In this document: one piece after another, positions 10,085 through 41,306 of the stretch | Position numbering within the stretch: the stretch's first letter is position 1 | Layout: every line of letters begins with the position of its first letter | Assembly (NCBI GenBank): GCA_051362555.1 | Contig: CM120643.1 | Location: 14,110,644 to 14,174,643, forward strand | Reading direction: 5' to 3' | Length of the DNA: 64,000 nucleotides | From: Lingula anatina | Taxonomy: Eukaryota > Animalia > Brachiopoda | Made by a program: the position numbers and the translations under genes | Notes under the pieces: model-generated | The model's input: the letters and a program-made list of their open reading frames with translations, nothing else | Databases searched by the model: none | What the model was told of the DNA's origin: nothing

Positions 10085-13000
10085 AGAACGGTTCGGTTTG
10101 TCAAACCTGGCAAAAACTGCTCATATTGCAGCATACTGTATACCATATAAGGAGAGCCAGTGACCTACATAATGCCATTTTACTTTGGGGGTGTGTAAGG
10201 GTCTGAAGCTTTATTTAATTAATTTAATCTAGTGGGTTTTTTAATATGTGGGAAACAAAAGCTTGTTGAGCATTACTATTTTAGTACATTATTAATCAAA
10301 TTTTGTCTGTCAAATTATGGTAATTGATAAAAAGAAAGGGAGGTCACCTAGCCCTTCCTGCCTACTACCCCGATGCGTCATTTGAAACCTGAACCCTTGG
10401 AAGATGATGTCACGTCTTCTTCAGTTCTGAGTGACCAGGGTGTGGATGCGAGGCGGTCAGGATACCAAGTATATGGATATTTCAGGTTTAACCGATTCAA
10501 CGAAACGTTGTAAGACAATGGGTTTAGGTATTTGTCGAAAAATAATTTGTGGTGCATTTCAAAAATGGTTTTGATGATGTTGAACATTGGGTTTTGCCAT
10601 CCTTCATTATTTTCCCCACGTGACATTTTGTGACCTCCATGCCTCCTTTTTTTCATCACGTACCTCATGACAGTGAAAATTGCGGTTGTACCTCATGTTG
10701 ACTATAAAGAATTTTAAACTACATCGGTAGAATTAGAAGTGACAGTTAAGTTTTACATGCGAAATAGTCAGGATGGGGAAAATTCTGTGGAGTGGCTCTT
10801 AAAATTTTGGCTTTTGAAATGAATTGTTTTTAATAAGATTGTGTCATAATTATGTACAACAAAATATTCACAATTGAAAATTAAAGAACAGGATAAAGGT
10901 CCATTTCAAATTTTGGCATGATATCACAAATAGTACCATAATATGTAATATTTCAATACATTATGTAGTATGTGAAGTATGTGACCTAGTTAATAGTTGC
11001 ACTGCTTTCTGCGTGACTGATTATGAAAGCAGCCATTTTCAAGGCATAGCGGGCGAATTGCTAGAGCCATTTGCAAGTAATGTTTGAACGTAAATTTGAT
11101 GTTTCTCATTTATGGCTAATGTTAATATCACGTTGCCTAACTAAAATGCTCTGTCCAAAGCAATTTATCATGAGTTTTACCTCCAAAATTTAAAGCCTTT
11201 TGTAAAAAAAAATAAAAATCAAAATGAAGCATATTTAACACTGCGTAGTCATTAGTAACAAAACTTGTTTTATTCGCCAAAGAACAAAACCGCCCCTTAT
11301 GCCTTTAAACATGTTTTACTATAATTATAAATCTAAGTTTGCCTCAGTGACGTTTGTAAAACTATTTGCAGTATTATTCATCAAGCCAGCAAGTTGTGAC
11401 GTTGTTACTTTCACTGCATATGTACTGAAAAAAAAAAAAACACAGAAAACTCATATTTCTAGTCCGGGAAAACTGAAACTCAATTTGACCTTTTCATCAA
11501 AAGAAAAAAAGAACCTTGAAAACTGTTCACGTAATTTTGCACGTTTGGTGATTTATGTCACTTTTTCGCATCCTTTAAAATGCTTTGAAGAGAAATAAAT
11601 CATACTGAAGCAGTCTTACGTTATTGATCTTACAAATGATACATAATGAATTCAATCCATTTTTAATATTGTTTAATACTTAGTTGACAAAATCCTATCA
11701 AAATTTTGTAAAAATTCAGGTTTTTAAAAAAATTTTCTAAATAGCGAGCATTTCACTCGTCAATCGGAACTTGTCATTTACAATATTTTCACTCATTCCT
11801 TTAATTAAATTCTTAATTTTGAAGGCATGCAATGCGGGTTAGACCAAAGCAAAAAAAAAAAAAAAAAAAATTCATCAATTTTCCGTTTAGGTTACCTTTG
11901 TTCAAAATCTGTTTCGATAACTATGATTTGAAAACTCCGTTTGGGGTTCCAAATTTCTATTATTCTATTCCGAAATTCACAACTCCATGGCGAGGGTGAC
12001 TCAAAATCTAGTTGTTTTAGACTCGTATCTGTATCATCTTTTGAAGCTTGGAAACTTGCTGACTTGTTGAGTAAAAAGTGTCATTTTTACGGACCACAAT
12101 CGATCATTTGTTTGAGTAATGGAGTACATAAAGTTCACACATTTAAGGCTCAATTTGCGAAAAGGACATGTAGTTGAAAACTGATTTGGCCAATCCAACA
12201 CTACCAGTTAAACTGTGCATAAAAAGACCGTGGATATATAAAACGATTTTTGTTTGCTAAATTTGCTCTTCTGGATTGTAATCTTTATATTACCAATTTT
12301 TTTTTTTAAGTTTAGGTGAGTCGTATGTGTAATATTTTTTGTAACTATTTGATTATTATGACTTGCATTTGTGGCATTAATTTGTTGAACAGATCTCACT
12401 TTTGCATAAAGATGGAGGGAACAGTCATGTGATCCAGAGTGTCCTATTTTCAAAACTGCTCCTTTTAGCAATTCTATCTCGGCAGCATCTTCAAGTACTG
12501 GTATATCGAGCAGCAAATGCAGAAATTGTGTTTGTATTCTTGTACGAGAACATTATGGTTAGAAAGTTACAAAACATTTGTTACATAATTTCGACTTTAA
12601 AATATAAATGCAATGTGTTATTAGAAATACCATGATTTGTCCCTCCATTTTGCCTAGGTTTGATAATTACACATGTTGCAATTAAATGGCAAATATTTTT
12701 CTTCAGTAATGTCTCTAGGGGATCTGTTTTTTTATATTACCCGTTGAAGTAGAGTATTTGAACGTATTGGTTGCTGTTAAATGTTGAAATTTATCTCACA
12801 AACTGCTTGTGATAATTTCTTGCAAAACATAGTAAAAACGTTTTTTTCTTCCAAGTAATTACTGTCGGAATTTTATGTCGTATTTAATGTGAAATAAATT
12901 CACAGCACCTTATGGTTAAAATGAAACAAAAACAATGGCAGACACTTGTTATTTGTAAAGCGTGTCACATTTTGAAATTCTTGGCAATTTGGAATTTTTT

Positions 13001-13374
13001 CGTGACTTTTGAAATCATCATTTATCATATCAGAGTATGTTTCTTTTGTTTTTTCCTGCGGTGGTGTGGGGTGAGACAGCTAGAACTGCCGTTGTTTTTG
13101 TTTAAAATGAAATTGAAAATTCTGATTGTCATTTTATCTGAGATCAAACATTAGCCAAGTAGATCATTATATAGTTTTTTATCAAATTAAACTTGAGCGA
13201 GTCTTAATGCAGATATCAATTATATCTATTTACATATCTGTATATTCAAAACTTTATATAGCTTAGAATATTTTTTAAAAAATCTTTAACAAATGTGAGA
13301 ATACATCAATTGTAGTTTATTTTTTCTCCAAATAAAATATTTTACAATAATATGAAAAATGACTTTGCGTTTTC

Positions 13375-13740
13375 ATTGGATCGGCGGAACTCTAAGGGTG
13401 GAGGTTCGATTCGGGTACTTGGAACATAAATTCCTTTTTCAGAAAAGGACTTTCAAAAATTCCCTTTAGTCACTATAAAAGGAAAGTCTACCGGGGGTGG
13501 GTGGGCGGGAACACTTGGAGGAGTGGATAGCACGCGAGACTCGGACCCAGCAAGACTAGGGTTCGAAACCTGGCGCTTCTAGGTCCCAGCAAATTACCTT
13601 TTGCGAAAAAAATCCAAATGAGTAATTCAAACCGCGACAAGAAGACCCTAAGATCTAAGAAAAGTAAGTCGAAGAAGTAGTTCAGTGGGTAAGACGGCAG
13701 GACAGTTAGCAGAAGGTGGAGGGTTCGAGATGAGCTAGGA
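13375..13740 (+). repeat. Cluster of three degenerate tRNA-like (Pol III A/B box) cassettes, probably part of a repeat
   Basis: ~13375-13420 (GGTTCGATTC B-box only); ~13513-13580 (TGGAGGAGTGG A-box..GGTTCGAAACC B-box); ~13675-13740 (TAGTTCAGTGG A-box..GGTTCGAGAT B-box-like). No intact cloverleaf. Confidence 0.45.
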
Positions 13741-16181
13741 AAAATAAAAATAATTTTGCAAGTTATGAACAAAGTAAAATATTTGCAAATTTATTATTGT
13801 CAAAATGAATTATTTACAGTATTAATTTTTTTACAAAAATGATGAAAATATCACATTTTGTACTCAAAATAAATATTATGTTAAATGATACATACAGAAG
13901 ACGGAATACATCTTTCAAAATAAATAAATAAAGAGAATAAAATAAAATAAAAATAAACCCAAGTCGAATATTTTATGCATTTTGAACATTGTTACTTAAA
14001 GACGGAATCCTTTGATTTACGAAAAATAGTTCAGGATTGTAACATATGAAAGACTCACAAGAACTGATAATACACAAACTGAATTTTTAAACAAACATTA
14101 CTTGGCAAAATTTTGTCAAAGTTGACATAAGTGTCTTGTTTTCATCGAATTCCATCAAAAACATTTCCGTCCAAATTCAGAGGTTGTAACAATTTTAAAA
14201 ATGCATATAATCTGCTGTAAGCGTCATTCGGGCACTAATGCACACGTACATGTAAGCATACCTTGTCCTATGTCGTCTTGTTGATGTTTGCACACAAAAT
14301 CAAACAGTGCCCCAAATTTCTTAATGTCAGTAAGATTCCTGATGGTTTGCCGATCGAGTTTTTTTCATTTTTGTTTTATTTGCACTAAATCAGAAAATAA
14401 ATATCATACAGTGCGTAGTTGTGGATGAAAATTTACACTTGCAAAGCATGGGAATCAGGAGCGACATAAAGACATGGGAGGCTTACAAGATTATCCAAGT
14501 CCTTGCCAAATTCAGAATAATATACAAACAAAACTGAAAAGGTTACACAAAAATCAGTGTACTTGAATCGACTTTTCACATTCACTTAAAATTAACTCTG
14601 GTTCTCGGTTTTCATTGATGACACTAAGCACAAATAACACAGCATGGGAATGCAGGACTGATATCTAACCAAGCCTGTCTTTCTCAATTACCCCTTGCTT
14701 CCGAAAATAAATTAAAATGTATAAGGATACAAAAATTAAATAACTTTAATTAGGAAGCTCCTCTTCACGTTTTAGGCACGTTTTTTACTCGAAAATTTCA
14801 AACCAAACGAAGTATTTAGGTTTACATACACTTTGGTAAAATATCGAAATTAACGTTTAGAGGAACAAAAAAATTTTAGATGATAATTCCGTAACATTCT
14901 TTGATAACTAACCGATCAAAATGTAAGAGTGGACTTTAGTATAACACATAAAATAATAAACCCTATAATCTAATTTTTTTTAAATTATAATTTTCAGAAT
15001 TATAAATTGGCCACCATCTTTTTGAGCAAAATTGACAAAAGTTGACGGTCTAAAGATTCATTGAATCCTTTCAGAATACTCATTACCTCCCGAAAATTGG
15101 GCTTTGCGACAGCGCAAGGGTCTTTGAAAATATGGAATGCAAAAGGCTATGATTAATGCCAGTCCTACGAAAACATTTTAATGGACAAACGATATCTAAA
15201 TGAAGTCTATTTCCCGTTTTTTTCGACACTTCTGTTTTGTAATTCAAGTCCTAAACGGCATATAAATGATCCCAATCCTGGGAAATTTTTGTAGCCAACT
15301 ACATGAATAGTAGTTCTTATTATATATGCAACAAAGATTTACATTCTACTACTGCAATATAAAATGAATTTTATTTCGGATGGCAATCTTTACCCCACCC
15401 CATCGCTTAATTTTGTTTCTGAAATCAGATATTTGACCCCCGCCCAGCACTGAAAACACCGAGAACCAGAGGAAGTTTATTCACAGCCACAATGCCTTAT
15501 CCGTAATTTTAATAGATCGTTACAGTACATGTGGACAATTCTGCAGTGACGTGGGCAAATTGTGCCCGTTACATTGTTTGGATTTCTAAGGCGTTTTACG
15601 TTTTATTAACAGTGTGTTTAGTAGATTTACATCTCTTCCTCTTTTTCGACTGAGCACACGATATATGTAATTAAAAGTTTCCAATATGCATTTACGATAT
15701 GAGTGTGAAATGTCTTTCCTTCCTAGAAATCAACATCATTTAGAATGAATAAGAGTACATCTTCAAATTCATAGGGAGGTGTCAAGTTGCAGATTTGTCC
15801 ACACATATTTTCAGTGGCAAAAAGAAAACGTTTCTCTTCTTGGAAATTAATAGAATGAGAATTTTAAAACAGTTACTTTATCATTTTTATACAGACATTA
15901 TTTCTGTTAAATGAGAACGTTAAATCTATAATTTCAGGTTCAAAAAGGGGTGAGTATTAACCCCAACCGAATAGTATACATAACAACACAACTGTACTAC
16001 GACATAGTAACATACAATTACCAAAAGATATAAACCAGCATCATGCAGGGCGGACGCTTAGTATGGATTTAATTTCTATGATAAGTTTAATAAAAAAAAA
16101 AAGCCCATTTTATTCGACTTTTAATTTGATTTACGTTTTGGAGCAGAATGTTACAACCAAAAGCAAACATAACATTCCATA

Positions 16182-17809
16182 CTAAATGTCGTCCCTGCAA
16201 ATTAACGCACAAACGTCGGCATAGGAGGCAATCTTGGTATAGTTGTGGGCCTGTAGGTATATGTCGAACATGAAACGTGTCTCTCTGGTGTCTTCGTAGA
16301 CGCTACCTCGAGTCACTGGAATTAAAGGAATAAGTTCACACTCATGAAATAACGTATAAAAATCGGATAAATAGTACATGCTCATTACAGCAATTTGTGT
16401 TGACCAGTATCCTTTGCGCTATAATTAACGAATTGCAATTAAACTTTATATTATACAGATATATTTATTCATATTGAACCCTCATGGAAAGCGAATGGTA
16501 TTAGAAACAAAAGGGTGCCCAAAGGCACTGAGGGAAAGCTAAGAGAAGAGTATTCTTGACGTCAGTTAGATGTCCCCATGGTCATTATGCCTAGAGTGCA
16601 CCATTTGGAAAAAATCGTCAATGCAAAACTAAAAAATGCTACAATACATCTTATATCATCTGCACAGAACTTACGAGATACTGCTGCCGGTTTCAGTGCC
16701 ATCTTTTCGGCCAACATGGCAGTGACAGTAATATGGCATGGACATCCTTCTTCTCCATCTTCTACTGACCTTGGTCCTCTCTGAACACTTCTCACCAAAA
16801 CGCTCACCTGATTTACATAATGATAAATAGGTCACCTCATTTCCGTGTGGACGCTTCGGTTTAAGTTGTATAGAAAGCACAATCAGTCCACATCTCGAAA
16901 AAGGGTTTGATAAAGGCATAATGTTACACACACACACACACACAATTTAATAAATAAATAAATAAATTTAAAATCGCATTTAAAAAGTCAACATGCTACA
17001 TCTCACGTGACTGGGCATATACCATGAAGAAGATGACACCTCATTTTTACACAATACGAATCGTTTATTTTACCTATTAGGTTTAAAATATAAACGAGTT
17101 ATTCATCTCAGGTAAAGTGCATTTACCCCAAAAAGGGTTGGGAGATAGACCAATGGGTTACATGTAACACCCAATATATAAGCACAGAATAGGAAGTGGC
17201 TCCAAAGTCCTAAAGCCAAAATAACCATAAAACATTATTTCCTCAAAATTCCGTAGTTGATATAGATAAGTTTTCATAGATCGAGTGAACGAACTGAGGC
17301 GGGATTGTGATTGAAAAGGGTGGATTTTCATTCAATCTTATGGTACAGCGTAACCATAAGATTATTGGTATTTCTTTCTTTCTTTCTACTTATTGAAACA
17401 TAGATGGACACTTTTAAAAGAAAACGTTAAAAGTTTTCACACATTTATTGAATTGTCTTGTATGTTACAGGTTATTTCCCATAAGTAAACTCTACTGAGT
17501 TAATATTTTAACTGTCGATGCACAAATACAACACACATATATTTGTATATAACTGAGCAATTTGATTTAAAGAATCGGTCTATATTTGTATTATATCACG
17601 TTTTTCTTGTTTTGAAAATTATGAATGAAAATGTGCAGCGCATTGTTTGATAAAATCATTTTTAATAACCGTTAATTGCATATATCTTACTGAGCGAAAT
17701 TCATAAAGAAAATCTACAACATGTTGTTAAAAAACTCAGTTCAGGTTATTATTTGCTACTTAGTATTAACGAAACATGAATAAACAATACTCACATGAAT
17801 CTGTTGCAT
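16182..17809 (-). CDS. Candidate small spliced orphan gene (~93 aa), function unknown
   Basis: Phase-compatible exons 17809-17795 (ATG..CAT|GTGAGT; weakest), 16807-16675 (..TCTC|GTAAGT) and 16315-16182 (TTTAATTCCAG|..TAG) give MQQIHVSVLVRSVQRGPRSVEDGEEGCPCHITVTAMLAEKMALKPAAVSLTRGSVYEDTRETRFMFDIYLQAHNYTKIASYADVCALICRDDI. The last two exons are GC-richer than the flanks; AATAAA at 16113-16108. No homology recognised. Confidence 0.35.
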
Positions 17810-18854
17810 TGCGCATCCAGAATTGTTTCAATTTAGGTGCAAATACAATGCACGTTTATTTAAGCACAAATGGCCAGTGTGTATCAGTGTTGTGTAGAAA
17901 TGTTAATTATAAAATCATTGAAATGTGGGTTTCTGGTACGAAATATTTTGCAAAAGGGCAGATTAGGACATAATTTAATTTTTGTTCTTTTTATGTTTTA
18001 TTATCACTGAATAAAGATTATTTTATATGAAATATTACTTGTCTTTTTACAGGCAAAAGTTTTTTTTTTTAGTATCGTGACTTTACCAATCTAAATGAAA
18101 TCAGTCAAAAATAGTATCGACTGTTTGCATTCTGTAGTATCATCTCCACATTTTCTAGTTGTAATGGAATCGTTTTTTCATCAGTATGACGGTAAATCCA
18201 GTTGCATGGAAATAAAAAGGTCACCAAATGGAACAATAAACAGCTTTGTTTTCAACGAGTTGCTTTTATTACTGTGTGAAATACATGTTTTAAAATAAAA
18301 TCACAGGCCACTGTAATAATAGCATTGCATGCACAACCACTTCAATCCAACCTGTATCAACTGCAACAACAATTTCCACCACTCATTTTCAACAGATTTA
18401 TACACAATTCATACATAACACCAACTTCCTTCAATATGTCTTGCTCAATTAAACACAATGACATTTCAATTTTACTCCCTGGTAGAGTATTCATGATATC
18501 AACCACACTATAACATTTTCCACTGAATAATGATAACGCTCAGGGGCACCAACATTTAAAACTTGGAGTGAAGACTATCATAACATGCTTGTAAAATTTA
18601 CATTCATATCCAGAAAACCACCTGCAAAAATATGAAGCACTTTTTATATTTTAGTCATATTTTTATATCAGACATACTTCATAATAATTGTAAATAATTC
18701 TTCCTTGACCTTAAAAATATGTGAGTGCAGAGGTATTTTTCAACATGCCCATCTTTTCCCCACAAAGGGAAAGTGAAAAGTCTGAGACAGAATTTCTGTA
18801 CAGCTTGTCTAATTACTTGGCTGTATTTTTTAACTGTACACGTTTCATTTCATA

Positions 18855-19069
18855 GACCCCATTCCCACAGATTTTAGATCGATCTATCCCTGTGGGGAGT
18901 CTCACTAGATTACTGTCAGCTTAGCCTGCTCAAATGTCTGTCCCGCCTACTAAAAGCTGTAAGGGGGTAATTAACTACCGTGCACGCTCGGCTGACAGCA
19001 ATTTAGCATGAACCCCCAGGGAGTTAGGTCGATCTAGATGGATCGATCTAAATCTATGGGAATGCAGTC
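18855..19069. mobile_element. MITE (PIF/Harbinger-like, 3-bp ATA TSD), copy 1
   Basis: TIRs CATTCCCA(C/T)AGATTT(T)AGATCGATC, flanked by ATA at 18852-18854 and 19070-19072; second copy at ~61207-61437. Confidence 0.75.
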
Positions 19070-20396
19070 ATAGACTGACTAGTTCAGGACCTTGACTTGT
19101 TATTGAAAACTTGTGAACTTTTTCACCTTATAGACCTTGAAATTATTGTTATCTCTTACATTTTCTTGTATAAGATTTAAATATATAGACTAATTTAAAA
19201 CATTCACAGCTAATTATTAACAAACTTATTATTCAGTGGAATTTTATAACAATTGTCTATACAAAAACATCGCATATATCTTTCATATTTTCATTTTTGA
19301 AAGGGAGCATGAACAGGATTTCAGTGAAAAAAAAAAAGAAAAAACAATAAATATACATTTCCCAATATTCTCAACAACTTTCTAGTTGCCACTATCACCC
19401 ATATTAAGTCCAAAACTTTAAATTTAACAATAAATGCACATTTTGAATAACATCTCTCTTTTTAACTAGTCTTAAGCCAAATGAATTTCTTTCATGTAAT
19501 TCTTACACTTAAACCTTCCAGGAAATAGTAATTTTATTTATTCCATTTTAAGGATGTAACATGGCCTAGGGATGGTACCACACGGTATGTAAAAATTAAA
19601 TAGGATTTTATTTTTCAGAGAAAAAAGTGTTCCCTTTAAATGACACCCTAAAGACAATGGTCAAACAAAATTCAAAATTTCTGAGAGAGACTTAAGACTA
19701 TTATAAAAAATATTACAAAATGCCACCAAAAAACGTGCAAAGAAATGGCACCTGATATATAAAACTGACCTCAAATTATATCTTGCAATTTATATAGACA
19801 AGAAAAGGCTTACTTTGTAATACATACATACATACATACATATACATATATACGTACAGCCAGGTTTCAATAACATTATGATACAAACTACTATACTTAA
19901 ACTAAACAATTTCTTTGCAATGGCTTGCTTCCTATTACATACTTACTGAAAAGCTTTTTTTTAATCCTCATATAAATTCCCACAATAACTTATCTCACTG
20001 TTGAAGTTGTGAGAAAATTAGAGGCACTCCCTATTATTGCTGCTTATTTTAAAATTCTCCTCACGTGCTAATCTACACAAAATCTCACTGTTAATCACCA
20101 TAACTAAGTGGCAACCTTACTGAAACATATAATTAATATAATTATATATATTTACTTGTCTTTACTTTACATATACTATAGCACTCAAGTCTTCCAGTTC
20201 AAAAGTGGAAGCCTTTCCTTTGTGTTATATGGAATTGTTTGACTGCTATAATTTTCAAAATACATTTTTAAATACCTGTCTTCATAAATTTCACATGCAT
20301 TTTCACGAGCTTGCATTTTCTTATAATATAAATAATAGTTGAAATAACTTCTTTATACTAACTTTAAGGTAGAGTGCTGCTCTCACTAGAAAAATC

Positions 20397-38819
<18,423 letters not shown>

Positions 38820-38826
38820 TGTATCA

Positions 38827-38834
38827 ACTTCCGG
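38827..38834 (-). promoter_or_regulatory. ETS/GABP-type motif CCGGAAGT in the CpG-rich GPT 5' region
   Basis: ACTTCCGG on + strand, 8 nt upstream of the GPT ATG, inside a locally CpG-rich stretch (~38600-39250). Confidence 0.35.
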
Positions 38835-41306
38835 TTTTCAAGCAGCGATAAGAGTCGACCTTCTCTGTGTACTCGCGGGTTTAGGTCTCCCGGTTGCGCA
38901 ATTACTCTATGCACCGTATCTAGTAGAGTTGAAGCTTAGTGCTGATATCATGTAGATGTCTCTTGCGGCAGCACAGGCGAAATATCCACTTATTCTGCTG
39001 CACAGTCCTTCCTTCCCTAACGTTCTGTTAATATATGAGCATATGCGTGTCCGTGACCTGCAATCTACTACGTGACAGGGGGCAATGCACTGCAAGACGC
39101 TCCGCCACCAAAACATGCATGGCAAGAACGAATTTGTCACACATTCACTGAGGTTAAGTCTTCAAGGCGTAGTATGGCGGTGAAATATTAAATAAATACT
39201 TTCTCGCCTCAAAGTGCCATGCGCTTGTTTGGGACAGGAGTGAGGTACACGATGTATAATAGTTTTAACGATATTTTAAAACGTTGGTACTTGTAGTAGG
39301 GCCTACTAGTGCTTGTACGTTATGAGTTTGATATGAGAGGGAAACGTGTAGGCTACGTGTTTCATTTAATTACTTCGTAATAATAATAATAATAATAGTG
39401 ATAGTAATAATTGAATGTTATAAATGCTGAACGTTTCTTTTACCTGTTTAATCTAACTCACCTTGAATTGCGCTCAAAATTTTTTATTTTAAATAAGTAT
39501 ACCCACGCAGTTACAGCTGACGCTACATAAGTTACGTTATCGGACTTACAGCCCACTCGGTTCTGATAGTCCCCTCTCTACTAACAGTAGAAGACTCCAG
39601 AATATATCCTCGTTATAAAACCGTGTTTCGCGATTGAGAGGACTTGAAAATAAAACACGTCGTAATTCAAAATAACTAAATACGCATTAAACTTTTTCAC
39701 AACTTGCTTAGGTCAGCGTAGAGTTCTCGGCACATAAAATTCGGGTGTAGGACGGGTAAGAAGACGACTTATTTTATTTATTTATTTTTAGGCCCTTTAG
39801 GGCCTACTACTAATCCTGCCCCTACCCACCCCCCCTCCCCACCCCCCTCAAGTGATTCTTCTTCTCTACCACAAACACCACCCCCTCATCACCATTACCA
39901 GTTTAGGTGGTTCAAATGCAGGGACCGAAGTACTTAGTACCATATTTACAGCCGTTTTAAATATGAAAAAGTCAGCTCATTGTGGTAGAGGCACCGTCGC
40001 AACTGTCCGACCTCATTAGCCTCTCCCACATAGAGATTTTGATAGTGTACGAGGCAAATAATATGGCCGTGTTTAAAAGGGCTTGAATTTATTCGTGATC
40101 TGTACCAACTTAGGACTATGGCTGTGGACAGCATAAGAAATGAGTGCGTTAGCCACTGGTCCTACACTCTACACTCTTTCCCGGTAAATTTTTGTTTAGA
40201 CCAGTTGATTTTTCAGAATGCGTGAATTTAATGGTCCGACATTGCTATTAGTTTTTTTAATTAAGTTTTCAAAGATTTTTCGATTTGATTTAATTAATAT
40301 AGCTGTTGCATTATGATTATTAAGAAAAAACGTTTGACAAAATCAAGCAGGTCTTGTAATTATTAACATGAAAGGGATAACAACTGTTCTTATAAGATTC
40401 ATATTTAACAACAAAATCATTCTAAACAACTCGCAGAAATATAATTAACTTCATTTTACCACCAAAACAGCGGTTACGGCAATTATTCTAGAATCTGTGC
40501 TTGTCATTAAACCACGTGGAGCTACGCAGATTGCTATACCTCCGCAATCTCGTAAGAGATTACTACAGAAAAACCCAAACCTTTTAGACAAAACTATGCC
40601 CTAAATTTGAATGTCGAAATGGATTCATTAATCATTGGTAGGTATGGGGAAATCGTTGTTTACCCCAGGAAAATCCGTTTTTTGGCCAAAACAGTTCTTA
40701 TCCCTATAATGCAATAGGGGAAAATGACCAATTTTCAGGTTTACTGAAATTTCTATTCAGACCAGTGAATCCTGATTCGGACCAGTAGATTTTAGGAAAC
40801 TGGTGGTCCGAATGACCAGTAAGCTGTAAAATTTATGGCACAGCCGGATAAATGAACACTTTGAGTGGATGTATGGTATAAAGTTTTTTAAATACCAACG
40901 GAATAACGCGTCCCACTTCTGAAAAAAATCGGTCTTTTCTCTTCGAGGCTTACTTATCGAAAACTATTTGACTTTTCTAACAATTATTGTCAATGTTTAC
41001 ACTGGATTTTAAAAATATTTTCTTTATTTCTGTTATTTATTTATTTCTGTTATTTATTTATTTTGCAGTTAAAAACTAAAAGATTTCTTTATTGCAGAAA
41101 AAAAGAAACTCAATATCAATTTATATTAGCATGATTATTGTTTTGCATCATTAATCATTACTATCCAAACTATGAAAGGTGATACAAATACCAACACCAA
41201 AAGGGACGAGTGCATCTCAAAAACGGAAGATTTATCAAATAAAACACTTACTACCTGAAATGACACAATTACGGCTTACATCGCTACTTCTACGTTTATG
41301 CCGAGC

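Noticed and set aside
11940-12560. Moderately complex sequence with short ORFs, possibly a decayed transposase
   Set aside because: No recognisable motif or consistent splice structure; BLASTX would be needed.
13996-15100. TTAA-AGACGGAATCC.. resembling the left end of another Kolobok-like element
   Set aside because: No matching right TIR found, so boundaries cannot be supported.
18265-20396. Possible ~2.1-kb GPT 3' UTR ending at an AATAAA near 18270-18265
   Set aside because: Other AATAAA candidates exist (for example ~19535); cannot choose without transcript data.
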